Part shown: one piece after another, positions 26,931 through 37,835 of the stretch | Layout of the letters: each line of letters starts with the position of its first letter | How positions within the stretch are numbered: position 1 is the stretch's first letter | Assembly (NCBI GenBank): GCA_002269645.1 | Contig: NIVC01000100.1 | Coordinates: 248,001-312,000 of the forward strand | Reading direction: 5' to 3' | Source: Macrostomum lignano | Lineage: Eukaryota | DNA: 64,000 nt | Position numbers and translations under genes: made by a program | Notes under the pieces: generated by a model | Told to the model about the DNA's origin: nothing | The model's database searches: none | Seen by the model: only the letters and a program-made list of their open reading frames with translations

Positions 26931-27482
26931 ATATTGAGTTTTGTCTTACTATTATCTGTTAAGAGTGCTTCTCTACCACAATTCTATTTCGATATCAACA
27001 ATGGCTCTTTAATGTTCAATATGGTAGCTCTTTTATGTTTGACATGGTGGCTCTTTAATGTTCTTCATAGTGGCTCTTTTATGTTTGACATGGTGGCTCT
27101 TTTAGGCTTGAAACGGTGGCTTTTTTATGTTTGACATAGTGGCTTTTTATGCTTGACATGGTGGCTCTTTAATGTTCTTCATAGTGGCTCTTTTATGTTT
27201 GACATGGTGGCTCTTTAATGTTCTTCATAGTGGCTCTTTTATGTTTGACATGGTGGCTCTTTTAGGCTTGAAATGGTGGCTTTTTTATGTTTGACATAGT
27301 GGCTTTTTATGCTTGACATGGTGGCTCTTTTATGTTTGACATGGTGGCGTTTTTATGTTTGACATTGTGCTTCTTTTATGTCAAACCATTTTGTATTTTT
27401 AAGGTATTTTAATAAAAAATCATTTTGCACTACTAAGATTCAAACCCAGGTCACTACATTAGCAGTCTAGTCTATTTGCATC

Positions 27483-28158
27483 GGTTGACAGTCATTTCGT
27501 CTGCCGCCTTTTCGTCTGCCGCCTTTTTGTCTGCCAATATACGATATAGTCGTTTCGTCTGCCAATATATATAATATATAAATCGGAATAACTAATTATG
27601 TCATCAAGCTTTGCATGGAAGTGTAATGTAAACGTCTTATTAATTATAATTTATTATAATGCTAGGATTTTTCTGAAAGTTCCGGAGCTAATATGTTGCA
27701 TATAAATACACAAAGCCAGAAGCAAATATCTCCAACCGTTTAGTTTCCTTCCAACTTTCTTTTTTTTCGTGTATGTAAACTCATATGCAATTTATTCACG
27801 AATACAAGTAGCTTAAATGCACAAAGTGTAAAATGTAAGGAGCAATTGAAATTGTAGGCACAGAAAATGTAAACTCATATGCAATTATGATAACACCCTT
27901 TTTCTCAGAAAATAACTTCGCATCGATGTGTCGAAAGTATTATATAGGTTAGTTAGGTTTCATGGAAAATGAAGAAAAACAAAATGTATCAATATAAATA
28001 AGAAAACATACTTAAAACTTGCTTGTACTAATTTATTTTAATTCCCTACATAAAAAATACTAAATAAGTGAACCAAAATAAACATAAATAAAAAAGTCGT
28101 TTCGTCTACTAAAATTCTTTGGCAGACGAAAAGGCGGCAGACGAAATGACCGCAGACC
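27483..28158. mobile_element. Non-autonomous DNA transposon (MITE), 676 bp, ~38-bp TIRs, 8-bp TSD
   Basis: TIRs GGTTGACAGTCATTTCGTCTGCCGCCTTTTCGTCTGCC / GGCAGACGAAAAGGCGGCAGACGAAATGACCGCAGACC; TSD TTTGCATC at 27475-82 and 28159-66; AT-rich non-coding interior. Confidence 0.88.
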
Positions 28159-29859
28159 TTTGCATCTGGGCTATCTCTTTTAATTGAAGAACATGAATTT
28201 TGGCCCTTATAATTCAATTTTTATAAGTTGGTTAGAGCAAAAAGTTGTGACATAATCAATTTCTCAGTTAGCCAGTATTAGTCTCAATTTAAATTAGCAA
28301 TATGGTTGCGCAATTTCAATCAAGTCATGTCTATATTTTTTGACACTGTTTTTAACTTGTTCTGATGCAATCTTTATCACAATTGAAATTCAGCCAGTTA
28401 GTTTTTTCTCTAGCATTCTTACAATGCATTTCAGGTTGAAAGAGCTGCTTGACCTTTGCAAAAAAGCATGTTTTTTAATATTTAATCCCTTTAAAATTGA
28501 GCAATTTCTTAGGGGGCCTAGCCAATATGCATTGCATATACTGTCCTAGGAAAATTTCTAATTGAATGGTGCAAGTTTGAAGAAAATTGGTTGAGCCATT
28601 TTTTCTGAAATCTATCTCACACATATACAAAGACAACTCATTTTTAGTATATAGGGTTTTTGCAAATATCTACCTTGGATTTCTTGTTAAATAGTTAGAT
28701 TGCAAGCTGCAGTTGCAAATTTATATATTTTAATTTTATCAAACTATAAAAAATACAAATTAGGCCTAATGGCTATTTTAAATTTCTAAAAATATGTATT
28801 ATCAAAAAAACTTTTTTATGATGACTTTTATGACTTTCATGACTTTTTGATGATGACTTTTTATGAATTGAAATGTCTTAAAATTTTTAAATATTTGCTT
28901 TAATTTTAGTTTAGGGGCCTATTCGATATTTGTTTGAGATGGCAATTAGATAAAAATACAAACCTGAAAACTAAAATAACATATTTCTAATATTACTTCA
29001 TAAATTTTAACTTCGAGTTACAACCTCTACTCTGAAATCTGAATTTATAATAGATTAGAAATAGAAATCCTAATATTATGTATTAGTGATTGTCTTTAAC
29101 GATATTTATTGGTTAAATTATAACTTATTTCTGAAATTTTTAACATAACTATGTGAATTATTTCTGGGCTCTAGCCTCCAGGCATAACTTTAACTGGGTC
29201 ACTGGTGATGTTGACAAGACATTAATTGTTGGCGGCGGCGGAGTGTGCCCATTTTCAAGGAAATCATGTGACTCAAACTGCGCGGATTTTTCGTTAATGA
29301 AATAAGAAATTACGAAAGCCGTTCTAAATAAACCGTTAAAAAATTCTTTTATTTTGTTCGCTGGGATAGCTTTCACAGCTTAAAGCGCGTTTATAATTTG
29401 TATTTTATTTGATATAATCCTTAAGATGCTACTGTTGACATTGTAATAATTGCACTGCTCAGCATTACATCACCTATTTTTCATCATCATTTATTATCAG
29501 CAAGTAAAATGCTGCAAACTATCAAAATAAAAAATACTGAATGACGTAGCTAAAAACAAAATTTATAAAGTAAATCAACAGAGGCAGCAGCAAGCGATTA
29601 ATGCCATTGAGAAATCAGATTTCCTGTGGATGAGAAGTCAAATGTCATGTCCGACCTACAAATAACCTTGTGTGACTTGTGAATTTTTGTCAAGTCAGTT
29701 GAAGATTTTTTATTAGTCCCCTCAATTTAATTCCTTTGTCCTAGCTCTCAAAGCATCCAAGCAATTAAAAGCATTCATTTTTACATATACATTATTGGCC
29801 GCTGTTAATTATTTTACCTGCATATACAATATTGTAAATGTAGAATGTAGACTGTGGTT

Positions 29860-30959
29860 AATAAAACGCGGGATCTAGAGAGCGCGGGGATAGGAACTGG
29901 CGCGTCTGTCGCCGTTTCTCGACGCCCGTGCAAGCTCAAGGTCTCGGCAGCAAAATGTACTACGACGCTCTTCACTCCGGACAAACGGAAATACGCCAGG
30001 GCTCTCGAGGTCAAATTTGATGGCTGATCAGACTACCCCAGGCCCTCTATCCTAAAATCCTAGGAGTCTTCTTTTTTGGCCCAAAAATGACATTTTGCCG
30101 CCACGTCACGGCCACGATCGAGAAGGCTCGCAAGCGTTGTAGCGTCCTCCGTTGCTTGGCGGGCTGCAGTCGGGGCCGCGGTTGCTGAAAGGTGCTGCTG
30201 GTCAACACTTCAAGGCCATTTTACGCAGCATCCTCAACTACGCTGCTCCTGTTTGGGGACCTTACTATCTCGTCCTCTTCCTGGGCCGGGCTCCAGGCGG
30301 TCCAAAACGCGGCCATTCGGTGCGTCACGGGCTGCAAGTAAACGCTGCCGGGCCGACCTCCACTGCGAGACTCGGATATTCCCGGTTTAGCAGCACAACA
30401 GACTCCTCTCTCTCTAGTTGCTTCTGACCTCCCGCCGCCCGGAGTACCCCTGTCATCATCTCTCCGCCTGCCCGGCTCCTCGCCGGGGCATGAAGCCGTC
30501 CATTTTTACGGCACCGTTCTTTGATGATTCCTGGCAGCCATGTCGCCGCCCCGGCGGTCCTCGACGACGCGGCAGCCTGGGACAGGGCGAGACGAGCACA
30601 ACATTCGCTCATCGTGCTGGACTACTTTGACAGCCTTCCTCCTAACCCGCGTCGTTATGGTCTCCGCCCTGATATCTGCGAGTCTGAACGATCCCTGCTG
30701 TGCCGTACCCGCTGCCTGCTCGCCCAGCTGCGCTCAGGCTTCAGCACCTTGCTTACCAGCACCGGCTGAACTCTGAGACGCCTCCCAACTGTCTTGAGTG
30801 TGGCGCGGCCTCGCATGATTGCCTGCACCTCTTTAACTGCCCGGCTCACCCCACCGAGCTGGAGCCTTCCGATCTGTGGCGCAAGCCCGTTGAAGTCGCT
30901 AAGTTTCTGTCGCTACCCGTCCAGCTTGTCCCCTGCGAGGGTTAAAAACAACAACAACC
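29860..30959 (+). mobile_element. 5'-truncated, degenerate non-LTR retrotransposon (I/Jockey-group ORF2 C-terminus)
   Basis: Frame-shifted remnants: LKVSAAKCTTTLFTPD, PKILGV, RSILNYAAPVW, LAQLRSG, CLECGAASHDCLHLFNCP..PSDLWRKP; ends in (AAC)n tail. Confidence 0.85.
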
Positions 30960-31740
30960 AATGACTTCCGTCGAAGTGATGTTGTTCAGGGGCACCCGTC
31001 GGTCTCGCCTGCAGCCCGGTTCTCCTCACCGGCGGTGGGGAAGAAATCAGCTCGTCCCGTGTCCCGAGGTACCGGGCCAGCAGCGGGATGCTCTCGGGCC
31101 TGCAAACGTCGGAGAGAACCGGGTTTGGCTCGAGGTGAGTGAGCCTGGCCCTGGTGAAAACTGGGCAGTGGCAGATAAAGTGCTCAGCGTTTTCAATGCA
31201 GAAGGGGCACCGCTTCTCAGGTATCTGGCCCTGAAGGAAGCGGTGGCGAGAGAAGCGGCAATGCCCGGAGAGGGCCATGGTAACTGCTCTGAGGTCTGTG
31301 CTGTTGAGCCTGAGGAGGGCTCTACGCAGGAGAGGAGAGGGGCAGGAGACGGCAGCACGGGATTGCCTGCAGTTTCGAGTGTCGTGCCACCTGCGGAGAT
31401 GCTCGGAATCAGCCCAGCGCTTAACACGGGAGTTGATCACCGAGGCGGGGATGGGGGCTCCCGGGCCCGGCCCCAGCAGCACTCCGGGGGAGCCAGCCTT
31501 GGCCAGCAGGTCAGCGCGCTCTTTGCCGGAGAATCCAGCGTGGCCCGGGATCCATCTGAGCTCCACCTGGCTGCCTTGCGTAAGCCCATTGAGCTGAGCG
31601 TTGCAGTCCAGGACAGATCTGGAGCTGATGGTGCTGCGGCAGAGGGCCCGAAGGGCTGCTTGGCTGTCAGAGTGAAAAAATAAAGTTCCGACCGCTGAGC
31701 TGCCTTTCTGAGACCGAGGTCTGTAAAACTAAGGAAGATG
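30960..31740 (-). mobile_element. 5'-truncated LINE with RNase H and C-terminal CCHC-type zinc motif
   Basis: SDSQAALRAL...VELRWIPGHAGFSGKERADLLAKAG (RNase H), LSGHCRF, CPFC..ENAEHFICHCP. Confidence 0.88.
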
Positions 31741-32273
31741 AGAAGTGCCGCTTCAGGCTGGGTTTCGATGTACGCTCGTATTTTATAGCTAGGTTTTCCA
31801 TAACTTCGTCCTCTGCCACCGATGAGATGGGATACTGCTTACTTGACGACGGCAGGGTTTACCAAACAACGCATGCAATCAAATCAGCACTAGATATGCC
31901 TATTGCTATTGAGGTGAAGGTGAAAAGCACAACAGCTGCGTTTGACTATGAATAAAGTTTTTTTCAAACGCTGAGTGCATTTTCATCATTTCCTACTCCC
32001 CAGTATCAGCTCGTACCTCTTGGCCATAGACAGGGACAGAAAGCTCTCCATATACAGCTTTCGCTCGACAGGCCCTCTGTCAAGAATGAGTTCACCATCT
32101 CTCCATTATTTATGGTAAACAAAAACCTTTATGAGTACTTACTCAGCCAACGAGAATTTATCAAGTTCGAAGGGCCTTAACCTGAGAAATGCTCGCATTT
32201 TAGTACCTGATTATACTCAGCTCGAGACAAAGGTCCACCCTTTTCTCTGGAGAATTCCGTCTCTCAGTTGTGA

Positions 32274-33446
32274 GTGCCAAATCCATCAAACAGTTCGACC
32301 ATAGACAAAATTCTTCTATGGATGGGTGCTGAGAACAACAAGAAAGTGTCCATAAATGGGTCGAATGATGATGTCAAACGGGATAAACTGTGTCCATCTG
32401 CAGACTCGAGCACGGGAAGCGGTGGCTCAATCCAAAACCTGACCATTCGAGTGACCGGTTGCTACCTGATCGAAGCTTTTGGTGCCGGAGGCGGCGGCTA
32501 CGAGCTTGTAAGAAACTACAGCAAAGGTGCCGAAACTTCCGAATTGTTCAACTTCTCAATCGGCACTCAGCTGAGCATTGTTGTTAGCCAGCTGGGAGGC
32601 AACGGGAGCGATTTTGCTGGGTCTTGCAGCGGCGGCGGCAGCTTCGTGTACGGAGCTGAGGACACCAGGCTGTACTTGGCTGCTGGTGGAGGCGGTGGGG
32701 CCTCGTCTTGGTATATTGGTAAAATTTGTTATTTGCTCAGATAGTGTGTAACTCGTGTTCGAAATTAGCCTAGCGGACACTTGCAGAATAAGCAATTAAA
32801 TATCATTTTTGCTGGTATCTGATTATTGCATTTGGTTTTATCATTTATTATTTATGTCTAGAAGCTATAATGCTCTAGACATACTTGTAAAGAAGCCACC
32901 AAAACCCACTTTTTGTTTCCCAAGCCTGAACTAACTAATAGTAGCGTAAAAGCGTATCCGCCCTGTCACACTACAGCTGTATCAATGTTTGACCTGCATC
33001 TCTGGCAAGCTTGGACTTGATGGCAGTATTTTAGACGTTTTCTTACTTGGACCGTGTGACGATCGAAACAGCTAGAAAGAAAAGTTTCTGCCAGATTTCG
33101 AAACTGATGATGAGGAATGGAGAAAGGATACTGCGGAATCTCAAATGTTGGCGTCATTACCCAGTTCATTCTTTCCGTGCAGTTTCCGGGCCGATTATTC
33201 ATTCATCAATGAAGTCGCCAACGACGGCCAGCGAGGCGGCGGTCGGGCCGACGACTGGCTGGACGGAGCTTCGGGCGGCAGCGGCGGCAGCGGCGTCGGA
33301 GGCGGCGGCGGCTACAGCGGAGGCGGAGCCGGCATGCACCACAACCACAGCCTGGCGGCGGCGGCTCCTGCGGCGGCGTCTCCGGCAGCAACGCGGACCA
33401 CGGCCGAATCACCGTCAGGCTGGTGGCCTTCAGCGACACCTGCTAG
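32274..33446 (+). pseudogene. ALK/LTK-type glycine-rich domain gene, apparently frameshifted
   Basis: GSIQNLTIRVTGCYLIEAFGAGGG...GTQLSIVVSQLGG...GGGSFV...LAAGGGGGA, then a second block GGGGGYSGGG; the terminal PGGGGSCGGVSGSNADHGRITV is in another frame (shift near 33345, stop 33444-46). Confidence 0.6.
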
Positions 33447-34113
33447 GCTGTTTTTGGCTGAGTCGCGTTGAACTCAACACCCTGATATTAATGATTCGAA
33501 CGAATATCTTCTAAACATCCTGCTGTTGGTCGCTCTGAGTTGCATTCCAGACACTTTTGAGGCGCTTTTTTAGCAGCCAAAAAGACGAATTTTCACCTGA
33601 GAACAGCTCTGAAAATGTTGCTCCAGCGTCTTGGAAAAAGAGTTTTTACTGGGAGGAGTCAGAAGTCCGATTTCAAAAGAGCTGGCTTGTTCCCTCATAA
33701 GAGGTCTATTCTGTAAGAGTCTTGACGATGTCAAGACTGCAATGAATCCTACAAGCACCAATTGGTCTCAATATTTGGAGTATTCTCAAGGTACGCTCCT
33801 CAAGTAACGATCCTGGACTCAAATCTACAATTGCATCGCTGCCGAAAGCCCGATCTAGCTAAGTACATTTCAGTGCAGATGAAAATTGTGTAGAAAGCAA
33901 TACAACCTTAAAGAAAAACATACAAGGCATTAATCGAGTTTGTACAGACTCACTTGCACAATGTGTAGGCGTCGACTCTTGCATTTTAATTATTGAGCTC
34001 ACGATAAAAAACTGTCGATTCACGTACGAGCGTACAGTCCATCAAAATTTTACAGAAAAGAATGTAAGTCAGCATTAACCTCTACAGACCTCGAAATTGC
34101 GTCTACATGTCGG

Positions 34114-34524
34114 TCACTGTCGATCGATTTTAACAGCATCACTGCCATTGTTGCTAACGCTAAGGTCAGTGCTAGCTACCGGTCGCTCTTCGCCAGAAGT
34201 TTGGTCAGCACTCGGATGATCCGAAGCCGATGGTAATTGCTGCTGACTCGAACTTGGGACTTCGCTATCGACGCCTGACCCACCAACAGCGGCAGTTGCC
34301 ATCGAAGCAGCCTTGGCCAGGGCAACCGCCGCCGCCCTGGCAACCCGACTCTCGTACACAGTGTGATCGCCTCCGTCAATCTCTGTGTCGCTATCCTCAG
34401 ACAGCGGCTCCTCGCAGGCGCCGTAGACGCCGTCTGGATCGCTGGCCGCGGTGGCATCGTAGGCTGCCGAGGAGCCGCCAGCGCCGGCGCCTCGTCTGCA
34501 CAGCAGGTAGAGCGAATTTCCCAT
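34114..34524 (-). CDS. Small hypothetical protein or first exon with N-terminal MGNS myristoylation-like motif
   Basis: GC-rich 136-aa ORF with true ATG in AT-richer surroundings; no recognised domain. Confidence 0.35.
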   Translation of the reverse strand: MGNSLYLLCRRGAGAGGSSAAYDATAASDPDGVYGACEEPLSEDSDTEIDGGDHTVYESRVARAAAVALAKAASMATAAVGGSGVDSEVPSSSQQQLPSASDHPSADQTSGEERPVASTDLSVSNNGSDAVKIDRQ

Positions 34525-35074
34525 AATGCTCTCGTAATTGGAACCTTAGCCGCGTTGAACTATGGCTCTATCCGGTTTCGGAATGAAGTAAGAATTTTTT
34601 TGAGCTCCAATTTTAGTAGCTAACTTAGTAACACAGCGCGCGCACTTGCTTATCGAAAGACAAGGTGCTGCGCCTTGAGGCGAATTCAATTAAAGCTAAT
34701 ATACTTCGACCGTTCCTTTTCCAAGACCTGCTGGCGTGCAATTACAGTAGGTTATATGCACCTGCGTGCAAGGTGATTGACCATTGCTCGGTGTGCATTT
34801 CATTATCGTTCGCCTCTTGCTAGCGAACGAATGGTAAAAAAGCAACCAACCTCACAAAGAGAAGTAAACATAACAAGATCTCACAAAGTTTAACGTTTCG
34901 GTTGCGTGAAAGTTTTCCTTATCAGTCCTAAGCATATTCAATTGTATGTACATGTAAGTTAATTATGTCAACAGGTGAACATTTTCTAGTAGATTTCCTA
35001 GAAAGCATTGTAATTCAAGGATGAGTTTCACAGTACGATTTTTGCAATTTTTCAAAGACAAAGACTCCCCTACG

Positions 35075-35520
35075 GCAATGCAGTCCGCTGCTGCTGTGAG
35101 CAGTCCGTCTGCGAGAGACTGTCTGCATGCCTGCTACCGTAAAGACTACGCCACGTGACTTGCGTCACTCTGAGCACATGTGTCTGCCAGCTTCATCAAC
35201 GACGCGTCAAGGCCAGAGCTGTGGGATCCAACGTCGGAGCGGCTGTGTGGAAGGTCGACACGTTTGACGAGCGAGACGGCTGACGAACTTGAGTGCGCTG
35301 TTTGTCAGTGAGTAGCCAAATTGTGTTGGTTGCTTGACGAGCTCAGCTCAGCACAGACAGCAAAAAGCTCCGACTGGTTGCAGACTCCAGCGTCGACAGG
35401 AGGTGCCCGCGACCGGCTGTTACCGAATGGAGGCCTCGGGAGCGGCGGGAGGAGGCAGCGGCTTCAGCAACACGAATGGCGGCAGGGGCTCCGGTGGGTG
35501 CAGTAGCGCCATTCAAGGCC
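35075..35520 (+). pseudogene. Decayed PAN-like + glycine-rich (ALK/LTK-type) gene fragment
   Basis: VSSPSARDCLHACY (PAN-like) with stops, followed by QEVPATGCYRMEASGAAGG...GGRGS, the start of the Gly-rich domain. Confidence 0.45.
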
Positions 35521-36074
35521 CGATTTCGTGTCCCATTTGCTGGTTGAGATGGCCTCTAGCGTGAACATTGTGGTCAACACATGCTTAAAACCGGTTTGCT
35601 CTCACTGCATGGATGACGTAACCAGATCGAGGACCTGATGCGCTGTCGCCGAAGTCTACTCGCTCCCAGCATCTTCGATCTGAAGCGCCGCTTAACCACC
35701 AGAGGGCTCAGATGTCGTTCTGCATGAGCACACTCTGTGCCGATGCACAACTACCTGGTGTAGACTCTCAAGTCGTTTATTTTAGTTGTATGTCTTGGAC
35801 GCAAGTCGTACGCAGAAATTTTACTTGGTAGCTGTGCGCCGTTTTTGTCAATTACCTACGGACCCATTTTGATACACAAGACGCCTTTAGTTAATGCTAA
35901 ATGTGTTAAGAGCAAATTTTGCTCTTTTAAGTTTAAAAGTTGGCTCTAAAATACACCGTAAATTAGACAAATTTGACTTCTGTACCGGTACTTCCGAGTA
36001 TTATTTAAAGCCAGTAGAGTAATAAGTCTTTTCAGAAAGTCTGAAAGCGAATTCTAGAATGCTTTTCTATAATT

Positions 36075-36520
36075 AGCTACTTACTGACTACTAACGGGGG
36101 GCGCAGGCGCCACGAATAGGCTGCGAGACCCCTATCGCAACCCCAAGGTAAAAGCGACCAAGGATTAACCTGGGGGTGCGCCCAGCCCCCGCCAGTAGTC
36201 GGCAGGTTCGCAGAGGAGGCATCGGCGACCCTCATCCGGCCGGTGTCCCGGACGAAGGCACGAAGGTCACGGATGTTGTCCGGGGTGGTCAGCTCGTTCA
36301 TCCGCTGGGGTTGGCCGAGGTATTTGTGCCGCGCCTTGTTGAAGTAAGGGCAGAAGGTGACGTGATGCTCCGCGGTCTCCTCTTCTATGCCAGAAAAAGG
36401 ACAGGTGGGAGGGCAACCGGTTTGCAACGAGATATGTCTCTGGAAGAAGCCATGGGCAGTTTAGGACCAAGGACATCTCCCTGAGGTCGGTTCCATTAAG
36501 CGAGATCAGATAGTCAGAGA
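36075..36520 (-). mobile_element. LINE 3' fragment (CCHC-type end), related to but distinct from the 30960-31740 element
   Basis: [17 protein letters not shown]...[17 protein letters not shown]; short TAG-rich tail. Confidence 0.75.
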
Positions 36521-36599
36521 CTTTCCTGTTCAGGTTAGGCTCCTATTCACCTACGGGAATAAGTAGCTAGTAAGCGAAGAAAATTATTAAAGCACGTGT

Positions 36600-36920
36600 T
36601 GTCTTCTTGCAGCGTTCAACTGAAATCACTGTCTCACACTGTCGGATGGGATACAGCCAAAGGTCCGAACACCTGCTGCAATTCCCTCACCATTTCCCCG
36701 CAGAAACTCATGGAACTTCATCACGACGCGTAGGTCGTGTTTCGTGAACGATTGCTACATAACATTGCAAACAGAGGACTGCAATTTAGAGTGCGATTGA
36801 CAGGAACTGAATGGACCTGAGAGACCGGGAGTTTGTGTGTGGAAGGCAGGCCCTGTGCAATATGTTCTGATGTATGGCGCATCTCTGCAGTTACTGACCG
36901 AAAATAACTTCGTACTAGAC
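36600..36920 (-). mobile_element. Mariner-type transposase N-terminal remnant
   Basis: Frame-shifted KHDLRVVMKF / SAGEMVRELQQVFGPLAVSHPTV resembles the mariner HTH; boundaries approximate. Confidence 0.45.
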
Positions 36921-37076
36921 TTCGTAGTTCAACAAAGTTTATTCACAATTTTAAGACTTATTACAGTTGGGCAAAAATATCCACTTGCAACAAGCGATGA
37001 AAAATTCAACTACTTAGACAGTTGGCATGTAGGTAGATAAGCATTCGAGACTTATCGCAAGGCTTATATCGACCTA

Positions 37077-37441
37077 TTTTTTTTATTAGAGGCAGGGGGG
37101 GTTGTGTGCACCCTGGCGCACTTTAAGGGACATAGGCACACAACCGGCGAGAGGCATTACTGCCCATTCCGCCGACTCCCCTGAGCAGGCACACAAGCGC
37201 GCGGATACGTACGCAGGCACACACTCACACAGGAGTGTACAGCGGCCCTAACTTTATATTATCGTTAGGCATGTACACTTCACTGCGCCTTGGGGGGTTG
37301 GCTCTCAAGGCCGTTAATTGCACGAGCAGAGCCAAGCCGAGATTCCAATTCAGCCCCAAATTAATGTGACTGCACTTGGAATCGAGCCTGGGTCGCTGGC
37401 ACACCAGAGCAGCTGCGCTACCACTGGGCTACGGCCCCCCT
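37077..37441 (-). mobile_element. tRNA-derived SINE (~365 bp) with poly(A) tail and 13-bp TSD
   Basis: Minus-strand head GGGGCCGTAGCCCAGTGGTAGCGC (A box) ... GGCTCGATTCC (B box); A-rich tail; TSD TTATATCGACCTA at 37064-76 and 37442-54. Confidence 0.88.
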
Positions 37442-37835
37442 TTATATCGACCTAACTAATAGATAGTCAGGTCCAATGGCTGCGTCTCCGGCTGTCCTCT
37501 GGCCTACGGCGGATATTTCACCGTGCTTGTCTGTTGTCCCAAACCTCGTACTTCGCGGGTAAAGGGGCAAGACTTGCGCAGCATACCACTGACATCACTA
37601 ATCATGCCTTTAGTGTAAAGTGTATCCGTAAAGTTTCCATGAAGACGCAAAAGAATAAAGAAATCATAAACTAGAAAGCTTTTCTAGAATTAGCTAATCG
37701 GAATAGTCTATCTCGCTCTTAAGTACTTTTGTTGCAAACGGGTCTTTTCAGGAAATTTCCTGGGAACACGAGTGTCGCGTCAAATAGAACCGAATTTTCT
37801 GCTCTTATTCCTATAAAATAGTCCTGTTAGTCCTC

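Larger units (their letters stand above)
26365..27000 (+). mobile_element. Non-autonomous Penelope-like element remnant: 256-bp inverted arms, 78-bp spacer, short unique 3' extension
   Basis: Arms 26365-26620 and 26699-26954 are near-perfect reverse complements; each carries a PLE-type hammerhead motif; about 45 bp extra sequence on the right only. Confidence 0.7.
26050..27375. repeat. 23-bp minisatellite (ATGGTGGCTCTTTTATGTTTGAC) split by a palindromic insertion
   Basis: Same unit on both sides (26050-26364 and ~27000-27375) of the 26365-27000 insertion. Confidence 0.9.

Noticed and set aside
29158-29376. 72-aa ORF; likewise 38932-39144
   Set aside because: No recognisable domain, weak start and no convincing splice context
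37370-37441. tRNA gene
   Set aside because: The tRNA-like head lacks a full cloverleaf and is followed by a SINE body, poly(A) and TSD
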